A stretch of 38,587 bases of DNA. Origin: a virus (Duplodnaviria; Heunggongvirae; Uroviricota; Caudoviricetes). The translations under genes and the position numbers were made by a program. The notes under the pieces are model-generated. The model was not told the origin of the DNA, did not search any database, and saw nothing but the letters and a program-made list of their open reading frames with translations. Positions 26,844 through 34,914 of this stretch are shown piece by piece. The stretch is from the IMG/VR virus record IMGVR_UViG_3300029650_000167; one strand, written 5' to 3'. How positions within the stretch are numbered: position 1 is the stretch's first letter; every line of letters starts with the position of its first letter.

Positions 26844-27181
26844 ACTATTAATTTCGTTTCATGCCAGCCTTTAGTCACCCAGCATTGCGAGTCACCATCA
26901 CACGGGCATGAATTCACAGGAACTCTCTCGCCGCACTTACCGCAACGTTTTCTGCTGATCGATTTTATACGCCCGTGCACGCGTGCATCATCCTGGCGGA
27001 TCAGTAACGCTATATACTCACCAAATTCGTAAGGCGCACGCCCGGGGCGACGCGTGGCACAGTTACGCTCCAGCATTTCAATTTCCTGAGCATCAAGCAC
27101 AATTTCCAGCTTACGCACACCAGATGCAGCTTGTCTGGCTCTCTGAGCGGCTTTGCGCTCTGCTGCTGATTTAGCCATCAA
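26840..27181 (-). CDS. zinc-ribbon protein at the Q-equivalent position (candidate late regulator)
   Basis: 113 aa, basic N-terminus, C-terminal CGKCGERVPVNSCPCDG cysteine cluster; last gene before the terminator and terS. Confidence 0.4.
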   Translation of the reverse strand: MMAKSAAERKAAQRARQAASGVRKLEIVLDAQEIEMLERNCATRRPGRAPYEFGEYIALLIRQDDARVHGRIKSISRKRCGKCGERVPVNSCPCDGDSQCWVTKGWHETKLIV

Positions 27182-27452
27182 TATTCACCTTTATCGCGAA
27201 CACCTTTACCGGTTTATCTCCGAAGTGCGGATGTGTGATTGTCTTGATTTCATACCCTTCATACGGGACGTCTATTCTGCGACTGGAGTCGTCGCGCTTC
27301 GGATATCCCTTTGTGATAATCAGGCGGTCATATTCCCGGAACATGATTCGCTTATTCCAGTAGTCATTACACAAGCGATACTCTTCCGTTTTCTCCCCGC
27401 GAATCATGGCATCGAAGTATTCACCTTTGACGGCAAGTTGCAGGTTAGCCAT
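27171..27452 (-). CDS. small beta-barrel protein (ASCH/DUF3850-like)
   Basis: 93 aa; pattern KGEYFDAM..GEKTEEYR resembles ASCH-like phage proteins; recalled from memory, not searched. Confidence 0.4.
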   Translation of the reverse strand: MANLQLAVKGEYFDAMIRGEKTEEYRLCNDYWNKRIMFREYDRLIITKGYPKRDDSSRRIDVPYEGYEIKTITHPHFGDKPVKVFAIKVNIDG

Positions 27453-27732
27453 TACCTTCCTCCTTTGGCTTGTGAATTTGTATCGTCATGCCGCTTTGAG
27501 TGGTGACTACAACGACAGAACCAGGCTGAAGACTGTTAAGATTGAATGCTTCGTAAAACGAAGCCAAGGCCAGCGCTTTTTTATTCTTTCGGTTCCACCA
27601 ACGCCATCCATTGCTACAGGCTACACTGACAATCCACTGTCCACTCCTGTAAGCCATATAAAACCAGATGAGCAAAACCTGAATGAATGCTATCCAGTCA
27701 ATAATCGTATATTTCGCGAAGGAGACCATCAA
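27445..27732 (-). CDS. hypothetical membrane-anchored protein
   Basis: 95 aa with one N-terminal hydrophobic segment. Confidence 0.4.
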   Translation of the reverse strand: MMVSFAKYTIIDWIAFIQVLLIWFYMAYRSGQWIVSVACSNGWRWWNRKNKKALALASFYEAFNLNSLQPGSVVVVTTQSGMTIQIHKPKEEGNG

Positions 27733-28457
27733 TTAACCTCCTGCGGCGGTTCTGGTAGAGGCATCCAGTGAGTTACATGTGCCCCGTAATGATTCCAGAA
27801 CGACGCAACTGGCGCACTGTCTCCATCAGGGACAACCCAGTAATCGTGATGAACTTTATTATTAAGCCCATCAAACACCAGATACTCTTTACAACTTCCG
27901 GGAATGTTCTCAGGCATTCGCTCACTACAGCTTATCCAACCATCCGGAGTTACCGGAAGCGAGAACGGCAGCACATCTCTGTGAACAAGTTTTTGCTGTG
28001 ACAGGTTATCCAGAACTTTCTGTACTGCTGCATCACCGAATACACCAAGCGCATCTGCCATAACTCCTACAACCTGATAAGCCTCAGCGCATACCGTGGA
28101 TAAACCATCCGGAATTACCGGAGAGTTGCCATTTACATCGAAGTTTGGCTCTGCGTCCTGAACCAGGAGGATGTAACCATTCTTGGCTGTATCAAGTTCT
28201 AACGCCTCGGTGACGGTGCCGAAATAGCGATTACCTAAATCAGCATCACAAGTGCTTACATCAATGGAAACTTCCATGCCCTCGATTAATTCTGGCAAGT
28301 TGTAAGTTTGGCTTACAGGCTCTGCTTCCAGCGATGCCAGAGCAATCCGTGCCAGTTCTTCCGCTTCTTCTGCTGGCAGTACAACGTTGCTACCAGGTCC
28401 GTATGTTTCGCGCCACTGCTTGATTGTCAGTAGTCGCTCTTTGGTTATAGTGGTCAT
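27729..28457 (-). CDS. hypothetical protein with DUF551-like C-terminal region
   Basis: 242 aa; C-terminal Trp/Pro-rich segment ending WMPLPEPP typical of a conserved enterobacterial prophage domain. Confidence 0.45.
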   Translation of the reverse strand: MTTITKERLLTIKQWRETYGPGSNVVLPAEEAEELARIALASLEAEPVSQTYNLPELIEGMEVSIDVSTCDADLGNRYFGTVTEALELDTAKNGYILLVQDAEPNFDVNGNSPVIPDGLSTVCAEAYQVVGVMADALGVFGDAAVQKVLDNLSQQKLVHRDVLPFSLPVTPDGWISCSERMPENIPGSCKEYLVFDGLNNKVHHDYWVVPDGDSAPVASFWNHYGAHVTHWMPLPEPPQEVN

Positions 28458-28969
28458 GCCGCGTTTCCTTCTTTCTTATTAACAATTACACCGTCATATA
28501 TTTCATTAAGGTGCCCTCTCAACTCCATGCGCCTTAATGCAGATAACATGTAATCGCATTCAACCTGCTTATTTCCAGTAAATGGCTTATCGTCAGGATT
28601 ACCCCAACAGCAATTACCCTTGGGCCACCCATGTACTTTCCGTACTCTTCCGTTAACAACGTGAAGTAATCCCCAGCCAGGTGGTAAATCCTCAATTGAA
28701 ATAATTCCCGGCTCACTAATAAAGAATCGCCAGTCGCCCATTCCAAGAGACGGATTTTTACGAAAACGCTTTTTTCTATCTGCTAACAAGTCAGCACGAG
28801 AACACTTCGCTTCTATCAGGCATGATGCTGAATTTCTGAATCCCATAGCATCTGGCTGTTCTCCGGTACTGGTTACAGCTATAAAGCGGTCATGAAAACA
28901 AACCTTGAACCCGTTGCGCTTAAGGAACTTGTACGCAATCTGACAGAGTTCGCGGTGTGTTAACGCCAT
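28454..28969 (-). CDS. putative PD-(D/E)xK-fold nuclease
   Basis: About 172 aa from ATG 28969 (MALTHREL); motifs QPDAMGF and LIEAKCS at the spacing expected for the D...ExK catalytic core. Confidence 0.4.
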   Translation of the reverse strand: MALTHRELCQIAYKFLKRNGFKVCFHDRFIAVTSTGEQPDAMGFRNSASCLIEAKCSRADLLADRKKRFRKNPSLGMGDWRFFISEPGIISIEDLPPGWGLLHVVNGRVRKVHGWPKGNCCWGNPDDKPFTGNKQVECDYMLSALRRMELRGHLNEIYDGVIVNKKEGNAA

Positions 28970-28970
28970 A

Positions 28971-29531
28971 TCACTCTCCTTTGATGCGAATGCCAGTGGC
29001 GCGTGGCACATTAACTTCCACGATGCGCACTGTTGGTTTGTACATCTCAATTGCTGTCAGCCAGTCAGCGCCGGTCATGCGCTTTTCCGCATCGCCATTA
29101 GTCCACTGAACCGGTACACCAATAGCCTTCATCGCGATTTCTATTTCCCCGGCAATGGCGCTTTTTCCGCAACCAGTAAAACCAGAAACAACGACAAGAA
29201 CTTCGCCTTTGGCTGGTTTTATTTCCCGTGCTTCCAGTTCTGCAATGCGCTTTTTTGCTGCTTCCAGCTCGTCCAGCAGTGTCAGCACGGTAGCCGGATT
29301 GGCTGCGGCGATGAATTCAGCATTGGCCTGCTGTTCCATTTGGAAATCTTCATCGAAACCGCTTTCAGGATGCGCTCCTTCAATTCTGCAAATGGGAAGA
29401 TATCCAACAACTTCACGATGAATTAGCGCATCACCAGCATCAAATCTCTCCTCTCCATATTCGAGCGACCACTCACCACACGTTGCTTTCTCTGCTGCCT
29501 CACGCAGAGCCTGATAGTTAATCTCGCTCAC
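28971..29531 (-). CDS. Ead/Ea22-like early protein
   Basis: 186 aa beginning MSEINYQALREAAEKAT..GEW, the characteristic N-terminus of lambdoid Ead/Ea22 proteins; GTG start overlapping the upstream stop. Confidence 0.5.
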   Translation of the reverse strand: MSEINYQALREAAEKATCGEWSLEYGEERFDAGDALIHREVVGYLPICRIEGAHPESGFDEDFQMEQQANAEFIAAANPATVLTLLDELEAAKKRIAELEAREIKPAKGEVLVVVSGFTGCGKSAIAGEIEIAMKAIGVPVQWTNGDAEKRMTGADWLTAIEMYKPTVRIVEVNVPRATGIRIKGE

Positions 29532-30049
29532 TGGTTGCCTCCTTTGCGAAGCTGGGCAGCAAAGTCAACTAACCACTCAGTCATTTCAACCTTCCCTACC
29601 AAGTCTGAACCAGGGTGCATACAGCAATCACTCTGCGCCGCTTTGAAATCCTTATACTCATATTCTTGGGCCACCAGATTTTTTGCAGCTTCTATAGCAG
29701 CATCCACCCCCTGCGCCCGCACTTCAGACAGGAAAGCATCGGTGTCTGTGGTTTCGATATCGTTAATTTCAGGAAGAATCTCTTCCCATGTAGCGATATC
29801 GCCATTCAAATGCCATCCGGCAATTCCACTGGAGTTATCCGCAACACTGCGAACAGCTTCAATAGTTTCATGCATTGCCGCATTCTCCGCCGCCAGCGCA
29901 TTAGCACGCGCCAGTTGCACTTCCAGTTGCGTTGCCAAATCGCTGATCAGCTTTGCCACACTGCGCATATCAACGGCACCACATTCTGCTTTCAGTTCCG
30001 AAGCCATCTCATGCCCGGCGGCAACTAACCATTTGATATTACTTTCCAT
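29528..30049 (-). CDS. hypothetical early protein with coiled-coil
   Basis: 173 aa, SD GAGGG 5 nt upstream. Confidence 0.45.
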   Translation of the reverse strand: MESNIKWLVAAGHEMASELKAECGAVDMRSVAKLISDLATQLEVQLARANALAAENAAMHETIEAVRSVADNSSGIAGWHLNGDIATWEEILPEINDIETTDTDAFLSEVRAQGVDAAIEAAKNLVAQEYEYKDFKAAQSDCCMHPGSDLVGKVEMTEWLVDFAAQLRKGGNQ

Positions 30050-30110
30050 CTTTACCCTCGCTTATCCACATAACTTATTGATAACATTGATAACTAAAAA
30101 GATCGTCGAT

Positions 30111-30455
30111 TCAGAACTCTTCGATGTTCCAGCCACCACCTGCTTTCTTTGGTTTAACCGTTACCCCGATGATTCGGAACGGATACTGATCTGCGGCGAC
30201 TTTGGTTTTCACTCTGGCGTCGTCGGTCCAGAAACCTTTCACTTCGTGCAGTTCCATCTCGCCGGTGGCGAGCATCACAGCAAAATCGGGCGTATAGAAC
30301 GTGTTGTCAGCTAACCGCAGCTTGATACCCTCGAATCGATACCAGGCGATTTCCCCTGCACGTTTACGCTGCTCAAGGTGCTGGCAATACGCAGATTCTG
30401 TTTTGTTCATCTGACCTGTTTTGAGTCGACCAAGAGCCTGTATCTGTTTTCTCAT
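30111..30455 (-). CDS. DUF1064-like protein (putative PD-(D/E)xK recombination nuclease)
   Basis: 114 aa with pattern YTPDF...GE.E.HEVKG...K.K....YP; first gene of the nin-like operon. Confidence 0.45.
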   Translation of the reverse strand: MRKQIQALGRLKTGQMNKTESAYCQHLEQRKRAGEIAWYRFEGIKLRLADNTFYTPDFAVMLATGEMELHEVKGFWTDDARVKTKVAADQYPFRIIGVTVKPKKAGGGWNIEEF

Positions 30456-30458
30456 GAT

Positions 30459-30473
30459 TTACCTCTGAGGTAA
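30459..30473. promoter_or_regulatory. operator-like palindrome TTACC-TCTGA-GGTAA
   Basis: Perfect motif overlapping the 5' UTR and SD of gene 30111-30455. Confidence 0.5.
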
Positions 30474-30520
30474 TTAAAAACCACATAAGACACGAAATCA
30501 ATAGATTTTAGAATATTTTA

Positions 30521-30535
30521 TTACCTAACAGGTAA
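30521..30535. promoter_or_regulatory. operator-like palindrome TTACC-TAACA-GGTAA inside a promoter spacer
   Basis: On the minus strand TCGACA - operator - TAAAAT, so the palindrome fills the 16-bp spacer between -35 and -10. Confidence 0.6.
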
Positions 30536-30572
30536 TTGTCGAGGCGTAAAAAAATGCGCTATCGCGCTGGTA

Positions 30573-31373
30573 TTACTTGATAAATCCTGCCGCCTTTCCC
30601 CGCCTGTATTCCTCCATCAGCCACTGCGCCGGTGTTATTCCCCCAAGGGTGGCGGCGTTAGGCATGCACCCGAAACTTCGCCCTGGTGGATGGTAAACGT
30701 CTCTCCCTGTGTCCGGAGGCGTACTCATGGGCTCTGGCTTTGCCTGTATGCTGATCACCGGATCGGGTATCTGCTGTCCGGAAGCCACCTTTTTCGCCCA
30801 ATCATCGAGCAGCCTGCGTGCGTGTTTCTCAACCTCAATCTCGCTAAGCTGGCGCTGATACATTGCACGGCGGGTATCACATACGACCCAGTACATAACC
30901 GGATGTCGCCACGGGAATCTTTCGGGACCACCAGGATATAAACTTTTTTCCTTGCTGTACCGGTGAAACTCCGCCATCACATCGTCAATGGTGACGCCAA
31001 GAACCATCTTGCTGTCTTTGCACCACTTGATAAATTGCCCTGGAGACGGCCAGAACGGAGATTCACTGGCGCGGGCGTGGCGCATACCAGCAGAAACCTG
31101 TTCACGGGTTCGGATCCCCCCTTCGGCAAACGCAGCAATCCACTGCTGTTTTGCAGCAACTTCCTGCTCTGGCGTCTTCAGGTTGGTTACCACTGCCGCC
31201 GGAAACAGTTGTTTCAGCTGTTTAAAAAGGGCATCAACAAGCCTCTCTGCTGACATGTTCACCACATTGTCATTGTTGACGTACTGATGCTCATAACCTG
31301 ACATGCGAGAAAGGGCTTCTCCGTCACGGTTTTGTATCGCGGTAAAAACGTTGTTCACAAGAAATCCTCCCAT
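30573..31373 (-). CDS. replication protein P-like (helicase loader)
   Basis: 266 aa; QWIAAFAEGGIRTREQVSAGMRHARASESPFWPSPGQFIKWCKD aligns with lambda P QWVLAFRENGITTMEQVNAGMRVARRQNRPFLPSPGQFVAWCRE (recalled). Confidence 0.75.
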   Translation of the reverse strand: MGGFLVNNVFTAIQNRDGEALSRMSGYEHQYVNNDNVVNMSAERLVDALFKQLKQLFPAAVVTNLKTPEQEVAAKQQWIAAFAEGGIRTREQVSAGMRHARASESPFWPSPGQFIKWCKDSKMVLGVTIDDVMAEFHRYSKEKSLYPGGPERFPWRHPVMYWVVCDTRRAMYQRQLSEIEVEKHARRLLDDWAKKVASGQQIPDPVISIQAKPEPMSTPPDTGRDVYHPPGRSFGCMPNAATLGGITPAQWLMEEYRRGKAAGFIK

Positions 31374-32152
31374 GCTTCAGGGCTGTTCCAGTGCGGAACG
31401 TTGTTATCAGGTAATGTTGATTGCTTCTGTCTGCTAATCTGCAGCCGCCTTGCCAGCTTCTGCTCCCACTGTGCCTGATGGTATGCCTTACCCTCAGCCA
31501 TCCAGTAAATTCTGAACTCTGCAAGTTCCTGTGCCGTTGGCAGACTGTCCAGGTAGATCCCCTGCAATGAGCTTTTCCGAAGAAAGTCATCTGATGGCTG
31601 CCATTGTTCATGCATGACAAATTTGCCTAATTGCCCTGGCCCACCAGGAGGAACAAAGTTATTCATCACGGCGTTGTTTGCTCCGGGGTCATGAGGCACA
31701 GAATCCCCGCTTTTTGTCCTGCTCTCCCTCTCTTGGTTAAATGACTGGTTATATGACTGGTTCTGGATCCCGTTTTTGGGATCATTCAACATCCCGTTTT
31801 TGGGATCATTCAACATCCCGTTTTTGGGTATATTCCCGTTTTCGGGTTCATTGCCCCCCTCCCGGTTGCCTTTAATGTTCCCGTTTTTGGTTATATTAAG
31901 AGAGAAAACCCGCACTCTTTTTGTCGCTCCCTTTCTCTCTCCGGTATCTGAAATAAGCCCCATTTTCATGAGCGATATAAGCCCGGCCTGCACGGTTTTT
32001 TTATTCAGGCAAGTGTCTTTAACGAGGCGTTCTATGCTGGGGTAGCAGAGGTTATATTCATCGGCTCTGTCAGCCATCGAGAGCAGTATGAGCTTTAATG
32101 ATGAGCTACCTGGATCTGTCTCCCAGGCCCAATCTGTTGCATGTCTGCTCAT
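31355..32152 (-). CDS. replication initiator (O-like) with N-terminal winged-HTH and internal origin repeats
   Basis: 265 aa; N-terminal DWAWE...LKLILLSMADRADE...CYPSIERL HTH; central repeats PKNGMLNDPKNG encoded by iterons; SD GGAG. Confidence 0.7.
   Translation of the reverse strand: MSRHATDWAWETDPGSSSLKLILLSMADRADEYNLCYPSIERLVKDTCLNKKTVQAGLISLMKMGLISDTGERKGATKRVRVFSLNITKNGNIKGNREGGNEPENGNIPKNGMLNDPKNGMLNDPKNGIQNQSYNQSFNQERESRTKSGDSVPHDPGANNAVMNNFVPPGGPGQLGKFVMHEQWQPSDDFLRKSSLQGIYLDSLPTAQELAEFRIYWMAEGKAYHQAQWEQKLARRLQISRQKQSTLPDNNVPHWNSPEAWEDFL
31768..31890. repeat. origin iterons, five copies of TCCCGTTTTTGGG-like repeat
   Basis: Copies at 31768, 31792, 31816 (24-bp period), 31834 and 31879; each is an imperfect inverted repeat; located inside the O-like gene. 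Confidence 0.65.
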
Positions 32153-32167
32153 GATTAATCTCCGCTA

Positions 32168-32368
32168 TCAGCTTGAATGTTGTGGGGAGGAATTAATCAT
32201 GATCTGCTTAATCTCTGCCCTGATACGACGGTTTGATTCCATGGTGCACTCAACACAGTGTCCGTTGTAAACCCAGCGTTCACTGTCATGTCCGTGCTTA
32301 CATGTTTTTCCGGTGTAGTAGCGTTTAAGTCCGCGCTTTGCGGCATCAATACGTGTAATGATTTCCAT
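32168..32368 (-). CDS. small zinc-finger protein
   Basis: About 66 aa from ATG 32368; CKHGH...HCVEC metal-binding pattern; occupies the cII-equivalent position. Confidence 0.35.
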   Translation of the reverse strand: MEIITRIDAAKRGLKRYYTGKTCKHGHDSERWVYNGHCVECTMESNRRIRAEIKQIMINSSPQHSS

Positions 32369-32448
32369 GGTAAGCCCTGTTATTAGTATTAGGATTACGG
32401 TTATTTTGTGCTGACACAAAAAAAAGATCAACCATATTTGGTTTTTTA

Positions 32449-32463
32449 TTACCTTTGAGGTAC
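32449..32463. promoter_or_regulatory. operator-like palindrome (imperfect) TTACC-TTTGA-GGTAC
   Basis: 9 of 10 match; between the cro-side terminator and the zinc-finger/O/P genes. Confidence 0.4.
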
Positions 32464-32470
32464 GAATAGA

Positions 32471-32497
32471 TATGAAAAGACCGCCGGATGGCGGTCT
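32471..32497 (-). terminator. rho-independent terminator downstream of cro-like gene (tR1-like)
   Basis: On the minus strand AGACCGCC-ATCC-GGCGGTCT followed by TTTTCAT. Confidence 0.55.
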
Positions 32498-32518
32498 ACA
32501 GAGGGTTGTGGCTGGATA

Positions 32519-32749
32519 TCATGAGTAGAAGAAGTATGCCAGTTCTGCTTTTGAGCGCAGCCATTGTCTTGATTTACAGGCTTTAAAAAGCCCATCCATC
32601 AATACCTTACCTGGCATTTTGCGCTTACCTGTTAAGTGAGTCTGGATATAGTGACTCGTCGTTCCGGCTTCCTGTGCGAAGGCTTCACGCTCATCCGGAG
32701 TAAGTGCAAGCCAGTGCTTTTTGAAATCGAAATGTCCGTTATCGCTCAT
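32519..32749 (-). CDS. Cro-like HTH regulator
   Basis: 76 aa, divergent from the repressor gene; HTH-like stretch EAFAQEAGTTSHYIQTHLTG. Confidence 0.5.
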   Translation of the reverse strand: MSDNGHFDFKKHWLALTPDEREAFAQEAGTTSHYIQTHLTGKRKMPGKVLMDGLFKACKSRQWLRSKAELAYFFYS

Positions 32750-32785
32750 AGCTATTGCCTGATATTTATTTCAGATAATAAATAT

Positions 32786-32800
32786 TCACCTATAAGGTAA
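32786..32800. promoter_or_regulatory. operator OR-like site A (TCACC-TATAA-GGTAA)
   Basis: 9 of 10 match; in the divergent cro/repressor region, inside the spacer of a minus-strand TTGATT...GAATAT promoter. Confidence 0.5.
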
Positions 32801-32816
32801 CAAAAATCAAGGATAG

Positions 32817-32831
32817 TTACCCACGAGGTGC
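32817..32831. promoter_or_regulatory. operator OR-like site B (TTACC-CACGA-GGTGC, weak)
   Basis: 8 of 10 match, 17 bp from site A and abutting site C. Confidence 0.3.
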
Positions 32832-32833
32832 AT

Positions 32834-32848
32834 TTACCTGTTGGGTAA
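32834..32848. promoter_or_regulatory. operator OR-like site C (TTACC-TGTTG-GGTAA)
   Basis: Perfect motif about 55 bp upstream of the repressor start. Confidence 0.55.
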
Positions 32849-32903
32849 TATTGCTTTAAATTGAATCATCTTCTGATTCAGATATGAGGCGATTTTCCAG
32901 AAA

Positions 32904-33488
32904 ATGAAAAGTATCCAGGACGTCCGCAGGCAAAATCTCAACGACTTGATCGACCGTGAATTCAATGGTGTTCAGACGCGGATGGCTGAAAAACTTGGAA
33001 CTCAGGCAAATCTGGTAAACCGCTGGGCTCTTGGCAAGAAGGTTATCGGCGACCAGGTTGCACGAAAAATTGAAGCTGCCGCCAATAAACCCCGTAACTG
33101 GCTTGATATCGATCGCTCGCTTTCTCAGGAAGGTTTTCAGCCTGTCGGCCCAAGCGACATTGGCCAGCTGGCGGCTCACAACCTGGAACGCTGGATGAGC
33201 GAAAGCCGCGACCTTTCAACACAGGGAAAACTTCACCGCGCATCCGGCGTAGCCCAGGTGACAATCAGCCGCCTGTTAAACAATGAGGTCAGCGTTTCCA
33301 TTTCCACCCTGGAGAATGTTGCATCCGCATTCGGGCGTCACGGCTATGAATTACTGATTCACCCGCACGACCCTGCGACCATCAACTATGATCGCTCGCG
33401 CTACGCATTGTTACCCGAAACCGAGAAAGCAAAGATCGAAAGTTACATTGAATTTGTCATCAACCAGAACGAAAAAAACAAACAATAA
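32904..33488 (+). CDS. prophage repressor with tandem XRE-type HTH domains, no peptidase domain
   Basis: 194 aa; two HTH-like segments (TRMAEKLGTQANLVNRWALGKK and ASGVAQVTISRLLNNEVSVSISTLENVA); no Ser/Lys S24 autocleavage motif; divergent from cro-like gene. Confidence 0.7.
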   Translation: MKSIQDVRRQNLNDLIDREFNGVQTRMAEKLGTQANLVNRWALGKKVIGDQVARKIEAAANKPRNWLDIDRSLSQEGFQPVGPSDIGQLAAHNLERWMSESRDLSTQGKLHRASGVAQVTISRLLNNEVSVSISTLENVASAFGRHGYELLIHPHDPATINYDRSRYALLPETEKAKIESYIEFVINQNEKNKQ

Positions 33489-33509
33489 AACCATATTTTT
33501 CAGTAAGTA

Positions 33510-33533
33510 AGCCGCCTTATGGCGGCTTTTTTA
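33510..33533 (+). terminator. rho-independent terminator after repressor gene
   Basis: AGCCGCC-TTAT-GGCGGCT hairpin followed by TTTTTT. Confidence 0.8.
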
Positions 33534-33545
33534 TTGCCTATTCGA

Positions 33546-33560
33546 TTACCTAACAGGTAA
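33546..33560. promoter_or_regulatory. operator OL-like site (TTACC-TAACA-GGTAA)
   Basis: Perfect motif 20 bp upstream of a TTGACA -35 hexamer. Confidence 0.55.
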
Positions 33561-33579
33561 TTTTTTTAACTCATATCTA

Positions 33580-33607
33580 TTGACATCAAACCATATACGC
33601 ATAATTA
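33580..33607 (+). promoter_or_regulatory. PL-like promoter (TTGACA - 16 bp - TAATTA)
   Basis: Consensus -35 and AT-rich -10 at canonical spacing, immediately followed by an operator palindrome. Confidence 0.5.
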
Positions 33608-33622
33608 TTACCTCAACGGTAA
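33608..33622. promoter_or_regulatory. operator OL-like site (TTACC-TCAAC-GGTAA)
   Basis: Perfect motif at the predicted transcription start of the plus-strand early operon. Confidence 0.55.
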
Positions 33623-33641
33623 CAGACCGAGGTAACAAGTT

Positions 33642-33794
33642 ATGCAGTGGAAAATCATCAACGGTTGGTACTGCGTTACTGCATGCGGATTCATGAGCTG
33701 GAAGTTCCGCACCTTACAGGAAGGCATTAAGTGGGCTTTCGTCAGCAAAGAAGCTCGCGATGTGGCCAACGATAACGAGATATGGGAGGGCTGA
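33642..33794 (+). CDS. small protein, possibly cIII-like
   Basis: 50 aa, SD GAGGT 9 nt upstream; MQWKIINGW..C and RTLQEGIKWAF loosely resemble lambda CIII (recalled); below the ORF-track cutoff. Confidence 0.3.
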   Translation: MQWKIINGWYCVTACGFMSWKFRTLQEGIKWAFVSKEARDVANDNEIWEG

Positions 33795-33796
33795 TA

Positions 33797-34096
33797 ATGA
33801 ACGTTAATCAGCAGAAAAATCTTCAAAAAATCATGCTGGCATTCGACAAGGACTACCGCCTGTCAGAACAGCTATATGACCGACAAGTTGAACTGATTGA
33901 GAGCATCCGACTTCATCAACTGTCCTCAACTTTCGACGTTGTAACAGGCAAAGGCGTTCGTCAGGAAGTACTGGAGGCTGCTAAAGACAGCCCTGAGTTC
34001 GAAGAACTGATGGATGCCTATCGGCGAGAGGCAATGGCAATTATCGCCCGCTGGGATCTGGCGGATCAGCTTGATGGACAGAGGGACGCGGCATGA
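33797..34096 (+). CDS. hypothetical early protein
   Basis: 99 aa from ATG 33797 with SD GGGAGGG; precedes the exonuclease gene. Confidence 0.4.
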   Translation: MNVNQQKNLQKIMLAFDKDYRLSEQLYDRQVELIESIRLHQLSSTFDVVTGKGVRQEVLEAAKDSPEFEELMDAYRREAMAIIARWDLADQLDGQRDAA

Positions 34097-34914
34097 AACC
34101 GGGAATTTATTTCGACATCAGCAACGAAGACTACCACGCCGGTGACGGAGTGAGTAAGTCGCAACTGGACATGGTTGCCAAGAATCCGGCGCTTCTTAAA
34201 TGGGTTCAGGCAGCACCAGAAGACGAAGAGAAAAAGTCTGCACTGGATATGGGAACCGCATTGCACTGTCTGCTTCTGGAGCCTGGAGAGTTCGACAAAC
34301 GCTTCATTGTTTCACCGAAATTCGATCGTCGGACGAAACAAGGTAAAGCTGACGAAGAGGCATTTCTTCGTGATGTGGCGGATATGGGGATTACGGTACT
34401 TGATGCCGAGCAGTGGCGGAAACTGGAGCTGATGCGTGATAGCGCAATGGCTCACCCGGCGGCACGCTGGATGCTGGAAGCCCCTGGTTACTGCGAAGCA
34501 TCAATGTACTGGAACGATGAAGATACTGGTGAGTTGTGCCGCATTCGTCCAGACAAATGGCTGAACGAGCACAACGTGATCGTCGACGTGAAAAAGGTTG
34601 CAGATATGGACCGTTTTGCACGCCACATCGAGGAATTCCGCTACCACGTGCAGGACGCAATGTACCGCGAAGGCGCAATGAGGGTTACTGGTCAGCCGCA
34701 TGGTTTTTTCTTTCTTGCCGTGAGCGAAAGCATTGATTGTGGTCGATATCCGGTACGCGTGTTCGAGCTGGATGCGCCGGATGTCGATGCCGGGCACGCT
34801 CTGTTCCGCCGGGATCTGAATACCTATCACGAATGCCGCATCAATGATGAATGGGGCGGCGTGGAAATTATTAAACGCCCTGACTGGGCACGTAAACAGG
34901 ATATGTACGTATGA
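34093..34914 (+). CDS. exodeoxyribonuclease VIII-like (RecE-type) recombination exonuclease
   Basis: 273 aa beginning MKPGIYFDISNEDYHAGDGVSKSQLD, characteristic of the short phage RecE-family nuclease; overlaps the RecT-like gene start. Confidence 0.75.
   Translation: MKPGIYFDISNEDYHAGDGVSKSQLDMVAKNPALLKWVQAAPEDEEKKSALDMGTALHCLLLEPGEFDKRFIVSPKFDRRTKQGKADEEAFLRDVADMGITVLDAEQWRKLELMRDSAMAHPAARWMLEAPGYCEASMYWNDEDTGELCRIRPDKWLNEHNVIVDVKKVADMDRFARHIEEFRYHVQDAMYREGAMRVTGQPHGFFFLAVSESIDCGRYPVRVFELDAPDVDAGHALFRRDLNTYHECRINDEWGGVEIIKRPDWARKQDMYV

Noticed and set aside
30062-30094. Consensus DnaA box TTATCCACA followed by tandem ATTGATAAC repeats between nin-like genes
   Set aside because: A single 9-mer match is expected by chance about once in a window this size and lies far from the iteron origin; kept only as a minor note.
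31768-31890. Regularly spaced direct repeats that could be mistaken for a CRISPR array
   Set aside because: Only five short copies, they lie inside a coding sequence and encode a peptide repeat, spacers are not unique sequences, and no cas genes are present; they are origin iterons.
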